DNA of 64,000 nucleotides from Camelus ferus (taxonomy: Eukaryota), in the NCBI RefSeq assembly GCF_009834535.1, contig NC_045701.1:30442001-30506000 (forward strand), read 5' to 3'. Of this stretch, positions 46,651-59,468 are shown piece by piece. Made by a program: the position numbers and the translations under genes. Numbering within the stretch: position 1 is the first letter of the stretch; each line of letters begins with the position of its first letter. Under the pieces are notes generated by a model. It did not search any database. It had not been told where the DNA came from and saw nothing but the letters and a program-made list of their open reading frames with translations.

Positions 46651-48604
46651 GGCTTCAGTGCTAACCCCTTCTAGTCTGGCCCAGAGAAGGAGGGTGAGAC
46701 CAGCTCGGCCGGGCTGAATCGCATTGCCCAGGCGATGGTTTCTCAGGGACTGCTGCGTCTCCCTCAGGGCCCGGGTGGGTTTGATACCCTAGACTCCTCA
46801 CTCACCCTGTCCTCCCTCCACCTAGTTGCACCCTCCCTGTGCCCCTAAGAGGAAAGCCACCTGGAATGGGATAGTTATGTGGCTAAGGGGATTTGCAGTT
46901 GTCTTAGACAAAAGGAAACCAGAGTGAATTCCTCTCTACCTGCACCCCTTCCAGCTCCCCTCCCCCCAGGGTCCCCGCCCCATCCATCCTCCTTCGGCCT
47001 GGTTCCTGAGTTGCCATTTGGGGGCTGGGCGCCAGGCCAGTTGGGAACAATGGCCAATGGAACTGGAGCTGCCAATTGCAACACCAGCTCAGACTGCCCC
47101 CCCAAGACCCCCAAATTGCCTTCCCCCTCCTGCCTGGGAACCACCACCCACCACCCCCCTAACCACCCACATCCCCTCTCATCCAAGGAACATCAATGCC
47201 CCTTTCATCCCCACTTGGCAGGGTCTATTGGAAAGGAGGAGCCAAGAGGGAGGAGGTGACCGGGAGTAGAGCTGGTCAGGATCAAATCCAGCTTTCAACA
47301 ACCCCAAATCTAAAGGACTCCCCTACATCCCCCAATTTGGAGCATCTAAGTTTTCCTCTGTTCCCTTCCCCCACTCCCTTCATAACTATTTACCCCGAAG
47401 CTGGGCACCCTGGCTCCTCGCCTAGTCCCCTTTCCCCTCTGGATGCCAGTTTAACACTCTCCAGGACAAGGAAAAGCCTGCTGGAATTAGGAACCTAGGT
47501 AGAGATGCATAGGACAGGAGAGAGATCTCCCCAGCCTTACTGGAACTGGGGAAGAAAGAGAGCCTAGTGTGAGAACGTCTGCCTGCAGCCTCCTCTGATG
47601 TGTCTAAAGTAGTCTTACTTGGAGTGGGGGAGGGAAGGACCTGGAGGTTCCAGCATCTAAATTCGTCTCTGGGTCAGGATGACTCAGGGGGAACCTGATA
47701 AGGGGCCTACTCAGGGGTGTGAGGCAGCCAGGAGGTGGGAAATTTCCACTGGGATCTGTTTGCTTCCTAGGACTAGGGGTCTCAGCCTGCCACAGTCAGT
47801 AATGCGGCTGCTTCTGCTCTAAGATGGGGTTCCTCCTCCCCTGTCAGGGCAGGTCTCAGTCGGGCCCAGGTGTCAGTGCCCCAACAAGAATAATCTAACT
47901 CTCTAACTTCCTTCTCTGGGCCAGAAGCAGCTTCAAACTATGCCTTCCAGTAAGCAATGGCTTTAAGTACCTGCTCTGTGCAAACCTCTGTATAGATGGA
48001 GTTCAAAGAAGTGTGAAACCTAGTCCTACCCTCTCCAGAAGCTTAGGATGGAGTAGTTAAGAGAAGATGCAAAGACAGAAAAAGTGAAGAAGAATAATGT
48101 GTATAGAAGATTAATTGTTTAGACAATAGTCCTATAGCAATAGTTTCCCACTCTTCTCAAGTGGGAGATCAGACGTCCATTTCCATATGATGGTTTTAGT
48201 ATCTCCTGATGGGGACAAACCATGAGTTCAGCCATACTTTCAAATAAGTGTGTACAGTTTTCTGATAATCACATCTGTGTATACAGTAATGCCTACAAGT
48301 GCAAAGCTTCTTATTCACTCAGTCTATGGCCAATCGTCTGTGTGTATATAGCTGTCCAGAGGCCGTTGCAATCATTCAGAAACCCTCGCCCCAGGAGGCT
48401 GCAGCCCACAGGCTAGGAACCGTTATCTTAGTATAATTCAGAGAAGGAAATGGGTTTTGTTTCTAGGATAAACCACCCTACAAGGAATAAAACAATGGAG
48501 TATTTGAGTGGGAAGAAGGGGCGTTCTATCCAGGCAGAGAGAGATCATGAGGGAAGGTTTGGGGAAAGAAATACACAAGTTACTTTGAAGAACTGAATAG
48601 TAGC

Positions 48605-48775
48605 TATTATGTGCAAGGTAATTCCCATATATTATCCTCTAGTATTATAAAGTAAGTTTTATTGTCCTCACTGTGCACATGAGGAAATTGAAGCTCAGAG
48701 ATGTTTAGTGACTTGCCCAAGGCCACACAGCTAGTAAATGACATTATCTAGGACTTAAATCCCCACCCAAATTTA
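48605..48775 (-). mobile_element. MIR SINE fragment
   Basis: ATGAGGAAATTGAAGCTCAGAGATGTTTAGTGACTTGCCCAAGGCCACACAGCTAGTAA core. Confidence 0.75.
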
Positions 48776-48849
48776 TTCCACTCCAAGGTTATTCTCTTTC
48801 TGCTAGGCTCCAGTTCGCCTCTGAAGCGTAGAGTGATTAGGCCATTCTG

Positions 48850-49200
48850 GCCACAGATGAAAAGTAATATTGATTCAAAATGGGTGGTGTTTGGTAAGGT
48901 AGATTGGAGCCAAATGTAAAGGTCCTTGAATGACAGGCAAAACGTTTTGGCACTAAAGATCCATGAGTGTTTTTGAGTGGGAACGTTGAATAAAAAATCG
49001 TTTCGTGAGAATTAATCTGATGGGAGGGTAAATAGATATGGGTTATCAGGTAGGGAGTGTGAAGAATTTGACTTAGGTCATTTAGAAGCCAGGGTAATCA
49101 ACCAGGTGTGAGATGATAGGGACCTGAATAAGTGAGTGAGTAACAGGAATGGAAAGAAAGGAATGGATTTATAAGACAGGAGAAAAACATTTATAGGAAT
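48850..49200 (-). mobile_element. L2 LINE fragment
   Basis: GTAGATTGGAGCCAAATGTAAAGGTCCTTGAATGACAGGCAA...GTAATCAACCAGGTGTGAGATGATAGGGACCTGAA pattern. Boundaries approximate. Confidence 0.55.
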
Positions 49201-50202
49201 TAGTGACCGTTTAGCTAGGAAGAGGAGGGAAGTCACCGACCTAGTTGCTCTGTTTTAGGGCCCCTGAAGTTCATCCATCCATATGTTTTCTGACCAGGGA
49301 AAGGGCCAAAGAGAAACCCTTGAGGAACATCCTTGGCCTGAACAGAAACTTCACCAGAAGATTTTCAGAGTCTGAGGCTCACCCTCCCCCTGATCAGCCC
49401 AGATCTATGACCCTCCAAGGCCTGTGCTCTTTCCATGTTGGACCCAACATTGGAAGCCATTTAGAGTTCCTATTGAGCTTGGTCTGCCAAGGCCAGTGAG
49501 ATCCTCCATGTTGGTCATTAACCCAGGCCTGGAGACTAGAAAAAGGGGCAATGTTGGACTGATGTCAACCTGTTTTCATTAACTCCTTCCCTGAGCTCTT
49601 TGCAGCTTTTGTTGAGCGACTGAGCATAAGGCAATTTTATGACCCCGAGGACTGGGTCAAGTAGGGCAGACTCCATAAGGGAAGCTTGATCAGCTGGAGC
49701 GATCAGGAGGCTGGCAGCACACTCAATGCAGCATGCGAGGTAGGGACCAAAGAACCCCTCCCCCAAAGATTAGGGACTGACAGTGATGTCACATAAACAC
49801 TGCTGAGGTCATAGAATCTTCCTCTCCTCCCCTGTCTCCCCACTGCCACCCAGTCTCCCAAGCCAGCTGGCTCCCACTTATCTGCACACACTTACATACA
49901 AAGGCTGGGAAGGGTCAGACACCATCCAGGCACTCTCAGGTACACAAAAGAGGTAGGGAAGTGGTTGGTGGTGGTGATTATTCAGTAGGTAGGATCCACA
50001 CTAGTATCCTTTGTGCTGGAAACAGTAAGTAGGATGGGAGTCAGAGGGAAGTCAGAGAGGGATAGGGAGAAGGGGGGTTGTTCCTGTTGCTGATTCTGAT
50101 TTTATTTTAACCCCCATCCTTTTTACTCTTCAGTCCTCCCTTCCCCTCCTCCCTCACCCCCAAGTCTCCCCCCCTACTGTCCTCCCCAACCCCCGACTGA
50201 CC

Positions 50203-51326
50203 ATGGCATCAGAAGCAGAAGGAACCTTCCAGCGGTTTGCCGTCTTTGGAGAATCGTCAAGCAGTGGCACTGAAATGAACAACAAGAACTTCTCCAAGCT
50301 GTGCAAAGACTGTGGCATCATGGACGGCAAGACGGTCACCTCCACTGATGTGGACATCGTGTTCAGCAAAGTCAAGTAAGGGACCAAAGACGGGACTAGG
50401 GGTGTGGAGTAGAACAAACAAGGTAGTGGGACTTGGAAGGGTTTATGTGGGAGAGCATTGGTGACAGGTCTCCTGAGCACCTGCTGGGTGCCCAGCACTG
50501 TGCGATACCCTGTTCTTAAGACACTCAGAGTCAAGAAGCCCTTTCTGAGTAAGGGGAGGGTTAGACCTTAGAAGGTGATGAGTTCATGTTCCAGAATTCC
50601 TGGATTTCTGTCTGACTGACCAGGGCCAAGAATGCCCGAACCATCACATTCCAGCAGTTCCAGGAGGCAATGAAGGAACTGGGCCAGAAGCGGTTCAAGG
50701 GAAAGAGCCCGGATGAAGCCCTGGAGAACATTTATAGACTCATGGAGGGCAAGGACCCAGCTACCACCGGTGTTACTGTGAGTAACATTCTTCATTCCTC
50801 ACCCTGGAACCTAGTTCCCTGAGTCCCTGCTGCTTCTCTCTTGCCGATGTCCCTCACCCTTGCCAACAGTGCCACTGTAGGAAGACAGGGCAGAGAGCTT
50901 CTGAGCACTGTTGGTATTGAAACAGACTTTAGAGATCATCTAGTCATTTCAGAGGTGAGGAAAGCGTGAGAGGAAGTGACTAACCCAAGGTCCACAGCTC
51001 TTTTCATAGTAAAACTTAGACTCATTTTGAAGTGTCCAGTATCTGAGTCAGGCAACTGGAGCCTGGTGGTTTTGGGGGGACACTGAGTGCAGAGGACTTG
51101 GCACCTGATCCCCTCTCCTCTTCCTGCTCTTATATGAGGTCTAATATCTGACTTCCTGCCTCTCATCCACCCTCTGTTCTTTATTTGTCCCCTCTCTACT
51201 AAAAGCTCTTTCTACTCCAGGTTTTCAATAGGGCCTTCCCAGTAGGACAGACTTCGCATTTTAGGTCGGCCGTTGAAGTCCTCCAGCTACAGCCTAGTCA
51301 AAACAGCCCCTCTGGAAGTAGAAAGA

Positions 51327-51363
<37 letters not shown>

Positions 51364-51770
51364 GACTCGTTCCCATACAGCAGACTCCTCCTCCTCCTCC
51401 TCAAGGGGATGGTTCTCATCATAGCTGCTGCCACAACTGCATCTGGGCCCTAAGCAAGCGGCACGATGCCAAGGGCTGTACAAGGGCTGGGAGAACTAGT
51501 GGAATCAAAGGCCCTCCTTAGAGAAGGGGCGTGGTCATGGGGGGAAAGGGAGAAGGATCAGACTTACCCTCTGGCTTGCAGAAAGCAACGACAGTGGGAG
51601 GGGTGAGCCGGCTGACCGACACCAGCAAGTACACAGGCACCCACAAGGAGCGCTTTGACGAGAGCGGCAAGGGCAAGGGCATCGCGGGCCGGGAAGACGT
51701 GACTGACAGCTCAGGCTATGTGAGTGGCTACAAGGGTGCTGGCACCTATGATAAGAAGGGCAGCCGCTAG
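50203..51770 (+). CDS. TPPP2: Tubulin polymerization-promoting protein family member 2 (p25-beta), 171 aa, 3 coding exons
   Basis: Exons 50203-50375, 50624-50777 and 51582-51770 total 516 nt. Motifs [27 protein letters not shown] and [34 protein letters not shown] at 51837-51842; likely non-coding exon-1 donor at 49939/49940. Confidence 0.97.
51328..51361. repeat. (CA)n microsatellite in a TPPP2 intron
   Basis: About 17 CA units. Confidence 0.97.
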
Positions 51771-52520
51771 GGAGTAGCCTCGTGTGGGCCTGGCAGCCTT
51801 GGCCCTGCATCTTTAACACCAGGGAGCTTGGGGAGCAATAAACATCTGTGTGTGCAGCAGCCCGTGAGTTCTGTCTTCCACCAGGGGGAGGGACGGTGGG
51901 GCCCTTGGGGTAGAAACAGAGAGAGGAGCCGAGAAACCCGAGGGAAGGGGTTCCCAGCACTACGCTTTACTCTACTGGCCCCGTGCCTTCCCGCCATTAG
52001 GAAGCATCCCCCTCAACAACTGCTTCTAAGAACATGGCTAAGGAGTACATTCAGAGATAAGAGATCAACCCTATATGGAGGTAAAAGTATTTGCTACTTA
52101 CGTTCACACGTTACCAGTATCCATCTCCCCCTACCTCCCCAAGGGGAGGAGCAATTGCTGATTTGACATAGCAGGACCCAGATACTAGCAACTCGACCCT
52201 CCCCTGTCCCTCCACCTTCCTCATCTGTTGCAATCCATGTTTTGTTGGGGAAGAAATAGAAGCCAGAGATGGTGGACCAAGGATCTATTAGGAGATTGTC
52301 CTACAGCTGACGGAGAGAGATAACCCATTTTCAACACCCATCTGGAACTGAGTTTTACCCACCCCACCCCCATCGTGGTAGACATGGAACAGAAGATCCT
52401 ACGGCCTGCGAAGGATGGCCCAGGAAATGGCCAGAGGTGGGTCACCTCCAGGACTCTGAGAGTAGGAGTTCTGGTGCATTGAGGAACAAGGAATGACATC
52501 AGAACTGATTCAGATGTGGG

Positions 52521-52655
52521 TTTTTTTTTTTTATCTTTTTATTTTGAAATGACTATAGATTCCCAGGAAGATGCTAAAAGTACAGAGAGGCCCCATGTAC
52601 CCTTCACCCCATGTCATCCCATGGTTATATTTTACGTAATTCAGATATGGTTTTA
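52521..52655 (-). mobile_element. Old L1 (L1MB/MC-like) 3' end
   Basis: A T tail followed by TTTTATTTTGAAATGACTATAGATTCCCAGGAAG...GTACCCTTCACCC. Confidence 0.65.
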
Positions 52656-53488
52656 AAACCTTCTGTGACTACAGCTAGACCCACTTCACCCACGCCTTGT
52701 CAGAGGCAGATCCTGGAGTCTGGGGGAATGTGAGGAGGAGCTTTGGGAAGGAAAGGGATGCAGGAAGATAACGTGAAGCTCCAGTGAGCCAAGGTGAGAA
52801 GGATGGAAGGAAAAGAATACAAGGCGATGAAAGAGGTTGGGAGTGTTGGGGAGAGACTGCACTCTCCAGAGCAGAAGAGATGTATTCCGCGAAGACGAAA
52901 TCAATGATTCCATCGAGAGGAGCAGACTGAGAACAGAGGGGGCCCCTGGAGAAATGAAGCTAATATGAGTATAAGACACTCAGGGAGGCTCCTATAGCTA
53001 GAGGTACCCACCACGTGGGTGAGTGCGTGGAGGGACTCATTAGGGAAATGGGGAGGATTGAGAAGGGAAGGCTGGTAGGGATGGGGATTTGAGACCCGGA
53101 ACTGGTGCCTGTTGCCATGGTGTGAGCCGAGGCTCTGGGCCTCCATCCAGGATTCAGGATCTGGCCCAGTAGATGGACAGTCACTGCCAACTGGACACAG
53201 TCAGCTTCTTGGGTGGGTAAAACTGTCTGTGGGAGAGGGAGGATGGGGGTAGGGATGGGTGGGGGTGGGGAGGTAAACAAGTTAGAAAAAGCCTAGAAGA
53301 CAATACAACTTTGCATGGTGACCAAAGCTCTGGACATTTTTCCTACGTCCCTTGGTCTCCTGGGAGGGGCCCTGCCTACCTTTGAAGCCAGAGAGGAAGC
53401 CTGGTACCAGGGATCAGAGCTTTGGGAGTGGGGACAGGCTGGTCTGCAGTGGTGGTAGCGGGTGGTTCAGACCAAAAGCTTCCCTTGC

Positions 53489-53950
53489 CTAGTAGAGGCC
53501 AATGATATCCATCGGCTCAGCATCGTACTGCTGGGAGCAGAGCAGATAGAGCCTCTGGTTGGTCAGAGTGCCGTTGTAGTGGCAGCTGGTGGGCGTGTCT
53601 CCCTTGTTTAGTTTGCAGATGGTGAGGGGGAAGGAGTCCTGGGTAAGAGTGCAGTATTCATTGTAATTCTCACAGAAGCTCTCGCTGTACTTGCAGAGCT
53701 TCCCGATGGCTTTCCAAGGGGCATGTAGCACATAGTGGACCTTTGGGCAGTGCCAGGTCTGTTGCCTGCCCCGCACGTAGGCCATCAGACCGTTACAGTA
53801 GCCGCGGAAGCCTTTTGCGTAGTTAGCCCTGGGATAGTCGATGTGTAAGGTGCGGAAGTTCTCAATGGCCACCTGGAGTTCGATGTTTTCAACCCAAGTT
53901 GGTGCTAGAACAAGCTGGAGGAACAGGAGTTGGGTCACAGGAAGTGCCAT
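53489..53950 (-). CDS. RNASE13: Ribonuclease A family member 13 (non-catalytic), 153 aa, single coding exon
   Basis: True start is at 53950 (MALPVTQLLFLQLVLAP); the ORF track's upstream extension is intronic. HIDYPRANYAKGFRGYCNGLM, CKYSESFCENYNEYCTLTQDS and LTNQRLYLLCS match RNASE13. Tandem acceptor CAG|CAG at 53955-53960; probable exon-1 donor GATTACAG|GTAAGA at 54877/54878. Confidence 0.96.
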   Translation of the reverse strand: MALPVTQLLFLQLVLAPTWVENIELQVAIENFRTLHIDYPRANYAKGFRGYCNGLMAYVRGRQQTWHCPKVHYVLHAPWKAIGKLCKYSESFCENYNEYCTLTQDSFPLTICKLNKGDTPTSCHYNGTLTNQRLYLLCSQQYDAEPMDIIGLY

Positions 53951-55524
53951 TCCTCCTGCTGGTAGAATGAAGGTGGTTGGAGGCAGAGGTGGGCCTACAG
54001 TGTGCCCCCAGCCTTCCCCGTGTGCCTTCCCCTCTACCCACAAACTGGACTGTCCCAGAGGTCATCTGGCCCAAGTCCTCATGCTTCAAAGAGGGGGGAC
54101 ACTGGCCCAACTGGTCAGCCACCTTTAGCCATTCCCCTCCTCTCCCTTGGTCTACCTTAGGGCCTCAGCCTCACCCAGTCCGTGAGCTGTAACACTTACA
54201 GAACAAGAGGTCCAACTGGTCCTTGGCTGAGACTCTTCCCAGTTATCCCTGGCCCGGTTAATCCTTCTGGTAAAAATGCAGAGGGCCCAGAGGGACAGGC
54301 TCACCCACAGCTGTCTGACGGCCGCCGGGAAGGACAGGCGCTGGAAGGCAGCAGGGCCGTGGTACGGATTCTTCTTGCCTCAGACCAAGGACAGCCCAGA
54401 GGTGAGAGGAGGCTGGAAAGGTGTCTGGATAAAGACGAGTCTCCAAGGAGGGAGTGTCCCCTGGGTTTGAGGAGCCCCTGTGCTGAGGGGGTTGGAGGAG
54501 TGGGAAGAAAGAGACATTGCTTTCTTGTCTCCTCCTCTGTGATGTCATCAGAACACTTAGTTCCAACCTCCTTGCCAGAAGTCCCCAAGTTCTTGGGCTT
54601 CCTTTGATGTCGTCTCTGGTTCATAGGCCCCACGTCTGCAGAAACGTGAGAAGGAAAGCATTGTCATGTTTCTGAGAAACAAAGCAATGCTTATTCCTGA
54701 CCCTCAGAGAACAGAGGGTCTGCCCCTCTCTCATCCAACTCATGGAAATTTAAGGGGGCCGTGGACACAAGGGCTTCCCGCCTGAGTGCTGGGCTGAGCA
54801 TCAAAGACCTCCTTGTGGACCCCTCACTGTCCCCATCATCAACTTGACTCCAATCGTGATCACACTGACACTCTTACCTGTAATCTCAGGCCCTCTCAGG
54901 GTCACAGCACTCCTGGAAATGTATGGAAATGTATGTAGGCTGACCTGGAAGCCTCAGACTTGTCAGGTGGGATTAGACAGACAGCAGTAGCCAGGACTTG
55001 AGGCGGTGCGGGCCTGCCTGAGCCCAGCAGGTCAGATTCACGCTGGAGTTTATCACGCTGGGGAAAGGGCCAGGCTCCTAACTCTTTTCCGTCAACACCT
55101 GCCCTTTCATCAGAACCAGAGAGCTAGCTCCCTAGGGCCTGCCAGCCACATTCCTTGATTTCCACAGGCCTCTGGGCCTTGTCTTCCTGCAGGTGTTGTC
55201 CCGGTTGTGAGCTTAGGACAGCCTACTCCCCTCTGTCCCTGGAGAGCAGGACACGGGAGTCAGAACGGAGAACCCTGAGTGTTCCAAGGCAGGGCGTAGT
55301 TCAGGAGGGGTGGGGGTGCGCAGAGAGACATATGGTTGTTCCTCCTTCACGGCCCCCTTCAACTTGCTCTTTCTGCCAGCACCAACTGGAGTCCAAAACC
55401 GTGCCCATCCTCCCCCAACTTGCTTTTCCTCCTGTGTTGTCTGTTTCCTCGGTTACCTATGCAAGAAATCTCAGCCTGAGCCCCGACCCCTCCCTCTCCC
55501 TAACCCCACCTGTTGGGAGGCAGG

Positions 55525-55760
55525 ACTGCATGGTGGTTAAGAGCAAAGCTTTTGAGTAAAACAGACCAGGAATTGATTCCCAGCTCTGCTGTTTCCAGGC
55601 TGGGCACCACCAGTCTAAGTTTACTAGGCCAGGACGAGCTTCGATTGCCTCATCTGTTAATGAGGATACTGTTCTGTGTCTCGTGGTAGTATTAAGGTTC
55701 ATTAAGATGCATCTCAGGAGCGCTTAGCCCACAGCCTGGCACATACTGAGTACTCGACAT
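55525..55760 (+). mobile_element. MIR SINE
   Basis: GCATGGTGGTTAAGAGCAAAGCTTTTGAGT...TTCCCAGCTCTGC...CCTCATCTGTTAATGAGGATA...GCGCTTAGCCCACAGCCTGGCACATA. Confidence 0.75.
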
Positions 55761-55980
55761 GATCATGAGCCCACCAGTATGCAGCCCTACCAATATTTTT
55801 TTTAAAATATGTATGGACTCCCTAGATGTCTTATGGAGTTTAATTATCAACCACTCACATACATTTTTAGTAGGAAATGTTAAGCCATTTTTAGTTTTTT
55901 TGCACATATGTTGCACATCTGGCTGATGATGCAAAGATTCTCAGCATTACACAGTTAAGTTGGGCTGCACCCATCCCTTT

Positions 55981-56071
55981 AATTTTTTGTTTTTAATGGA
56001 GGTACTGGGGATTGAACCCAGGACTTGTACATGCTAAGTGTTCGCTCTACCACTGAACTGTACCCACCCCC
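55981..56071 (-). mobile_element. tRNA-derived SINE, Vic-1 (camelid) type
   Basis: TTTTTAATGGAGGTACTGGGGATTGAACCCAGGAC...CGCTCTACCACTGAACTGTACCC is the reverse complement of the SINE head. Confidence 0.85.
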
Positions 56072-57571
56072 TAGCCCTGCCAATCTTAACTAAAACTTTT
56101 CCCGAACCTGTCTCTTCCATTTCTATTTCTTCCCCTGCTCAGGCTCTCCCCTCTCCTGGACACCCACACACCCTGCAACTCCAGAAGGGCTCTACACCTC
56201 AGAGGACAGAAGACATCCATGACCTGGCCCCCAGCATGTCTCCAACTGCATCTCCATCCCTGCCTGCTTCCCCCTTGGTGCCCCTCCCTCCCCCCACCTC
56301 TAGCTCTTCTTGTCTCCTCCACTCTGAATGCTGCTCTTCCCCTCCTGCTCTCCCCTCATCAGTCCCACTGAGCTACCCCATCGGAGGATCAGCCCAGAGG
56401 TCCTGTTTAAGAAGCCTCTGTTTGGAGGACCTCCCCAGGGAAGTGTACCCAGCCAAGCAGGTGAGGATGAAGCCGCAGGCAGGTGGCTCATCTATATCCT
56501 CAGGCTGGTCTTTAAGCCAGCGCCCACTGGGAGCCCGTGCAAGGTGGTGCGTGAGCCTGGCTGACTCTCGTCTTTGTTCTGAGGAAGCTATCACTCTGTG
56601 GTCCCAGCCTCAGAGTGTGCCACCTCTTCCCTATTTGCTCAAAGCGCAGCTTCCCTGAGAAGAGGAAGGGGCTTTTCATGCTTCTTGGCCTTCCTATTCC
56701 TTGCTTCACTACCCACCCACCACCACTCACCTCCCCACACGCTATTAAGGAAATGGACCAGCACGTTGCAGAGGAGAGTTTAGGGCTTGATATCAAATAA
56801 CCTACTGAGCTTTTGTTTCATCTTCTATAAAAGGGGACTGATGCCTGCCTTACCTTATGAGGCTGCAAGAATAAAATCAGATGGTCAGTATGGAAGTGCC
56901 TTTTAACCACTAAACGATATAAAAGTGGAAAAGTGGGCATGGTCTTCCAGGTCCTGTACCAACTCACTTTATTCCCTTCAACTCACTTAACATCTGCAGA
57001 GTCTCTTATATCCCCCTAATGAGCCAAGTGACCTCCCCGTATCTCCGCTCTGCCAATCTAGAGACCCTCTCACACCTGACTTATATTCATCTTCACGAAG
57101 CTTTCTGTTATTCGTCATGCCCCGTGTCGATTACTTTAAAGTTATTTTAAAATTTCTAAATACTACCTGAAAATCACTATAACAAATGTCAGGGGAAATA
57201 GAAAGGTAAATGAGCCAGTTACAGTCCATATTAAATTTACAGTTCAGTAGGAATGACAGGGTATGAACATATGTTACAAAGGCACAAACATGGGGCCAGG
57301 CACAGTGCTGAGTGTGTGACGGGCCTTTGGGCTCCAACAACCTGCAATCCTAGTGGTCTGGTCTTGGAAAATCCTATCCCAGAGGAGCTGAGCCACAGGA
57401 TTGCTTCCTCCATCCTAACATCCTTGTCATGGTTTCACCTGCTCCCTGAGCCTGAGATTTGTGGAATTGTTACCCCATTACACTGGACTTTCCACATACA
57501 AGAATCACCCTAGAGATGAAGACACGAGGTTTTAGAGAGGGACAGTGGCTTACTTGAGTCATAGGTCTAAT

Positions 57572-57767
57572 TCAGTGGTTCTCAACAGGAAGCAATTTGA
57601 TCACCTCTGGAGGCTTTTTTTGGTTGTCACAACTGGGAGGTGCTACTGGCATCTAGTGGGTAGAGGCCAGGAAATGCTGCTAGACATCCTACATCGCAGA
57701 GGACAGCTCCCAAAACAAAGAGTTATCCAGACCAAGATGTAGATTGTGTGAGGTTGACAAGTCCTGG
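57572..57767 (+). mobile_element. MER20-like hAT DNA transposon
   Basis: CAGTGGTTCTCAAC start, GGTTGTCACAACTGGG...GCTACTGGCATCTAGTGGGTAGAGGCCAGG core and GAGGTTGACAAGTCCTG end. Confidence 0.8.
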
Positions 57768-58389
57768 TCTAATGAGAGAATCAGAGTTCCTAACAAGAGT
57801 TGGCTTAGTTATACTTTATATATTGAAGAGCACTGATAAATATCCAGTATTTAGAAATAATTTTATTAGACTTTGCTTGTGATGATGCTGGGTCTTTTAC
57901 CAGCAAAAGATTACTGGTAGACCACCATTAAAACATCTTTGTAACATTTTTCCTGTAAAAGTGACTCTCTGCAGGTAGCCATCTATACATTCTCTCCCTC
58001 TTCCCCTCCCCAACGGTAAGAATCTCTAGAACCACTGGCTAGAGTGACAAGTGCAGGGGTAAATCCCTATGATTAAGGGGACCCCCAAGGTTTTGCCCCA
58101 AGTGAGCTCACCACAGTCTCGGTGGCATCACTTTTGCCCTGTCCAACCCAAACTGTTCAAACAGCATACTGTGTCATGGACAGTACTTAGGCTGTCCTTG
58201 AACCCAAAGGATTGCTTCAGCCATTTCAAACTTCTTGTCATAGGTTCACATCTACCCCAAGGCTGAAGTTCAGGAGCTGCATTGTCAGTTCCTCAGCTGG
58301 GAATGGGGTTATTCAAGTGATACCATCTGCGACCAGGCTTATTCAAGAGTGAATGCCTTCTAACCCAGAAGTTGAATCGTTTAGGGTCA

Positions 58390-58860
58390 CTGATATGCAA
58401 AGCACTATGCTATATTCTATGGGGTATGCAGAAGACATATAACAGGTGGTCCTTGTCTTCTGGGAATTGACAGTCTAAATTGGAGGAAAACAATAAATAC
58501 ATGTGAAGAAATAACCAATGATTCAAGGCAGAAAATTATACATTCTGAAGACGGTAAGTGTTGTAGGAATTTAGAGGTGAGAGAGATCCCTCTGAATTGG
58601 GCCAGAGAAAGTTTTCTGGTGGGGAGAGGGTCATCCTGGGACTTTAGGATGGGTCTCAGGAAACACAGTTGAGTGGAGATAAAGAGGGTTATGAAAGGTA
58701 TGTTTGAGTAAAGAGAAAAAAACCAGCCTGGCTGGGGTTGAAGCAATCAGTGGGAGAAGAGTCAAAGTTGGAAAGACAGGTTTGCCAGATGGTGACAGAC
58801 CTTGAATAGCAGGCTAAGGAATTTATATTTTGTTCTGTAGACAAATGGGGAGCTGGCAGT
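58390..58860 (-). mobile_element. L2 LINE fragment
   Basis: GACAGTCTAAATTGGAGG...GTGTTGTAGGAATTTAGAGG...GACCTTGAATAGCAGGCTAAGGAATTTATATTTTGTTCTGTAG. Boundaries approximate. Confidence 0.6.
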
Positions 58861-59412
58861 GGCTTGTGAGACTGAGTGACCTGGTGAGGCATCTCAACCC
58901 CAGACCAGGTCCCCCGCTTCTACATCCTGGCCTGTCTAAGAGGCATTGGTCTGGGAGCCAAGGATTCCAACCTTCTGTCAGTGCTGCCTCCTCTAGACCC
59001 ACAGCTGTTCCAGGAAAGGTCATGAGAATTCAAAGACCCAAAGCGAGTTCCACATCTGATCCCAACTTGCTGTTTGTTCCACCTTCCTCATCTACAAAAA
59101 TGAGCTGGTTACCTTTATTTATCCTGGGAGCAAGAAAATGAGGATAACAGAACTTGGACCTGCTCCTGCTTGGAGGGAAACTCTCACGGGCTTTCCATCC
59201 GCATCCAGAGAGGCTGTGTGGAACTCCGGAAGAGAGGGAGGCTGGGCTCTGAAGGGTGGGCACCGATCCAGGCTGGCCCTCCTCTCTCCCAGCCCCCCTC
59301 ACCCCCTCCCAACACGGGCTGGAGGAGGCAGCAGCTGTTGTCCTGTGGGGAAGACCGGCAGAGGTCCACCTGGCACTGTCGAAGCTTTCACAACACCCAC
59401 CCCAGTGACTTT

Positions 59413-59414
<2 letters not shown>

Positions 59415-59466
<52 letters not shown>
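59415..59466. repeat. (CA)n microsatellite
   Basis: About 26 CA units. Confidence 0.98.

Positions 59467-59468
<2 letters not shown>

Noticed and set aside
56038-56658. 206-aa ORF, the longest unexplained one
   Set aside because: Begins inside a SINE at a non-ATG codon and crosses a pyrimidine-rich low-complexity tract. Ser/Pro-rich with no recognisable domain.
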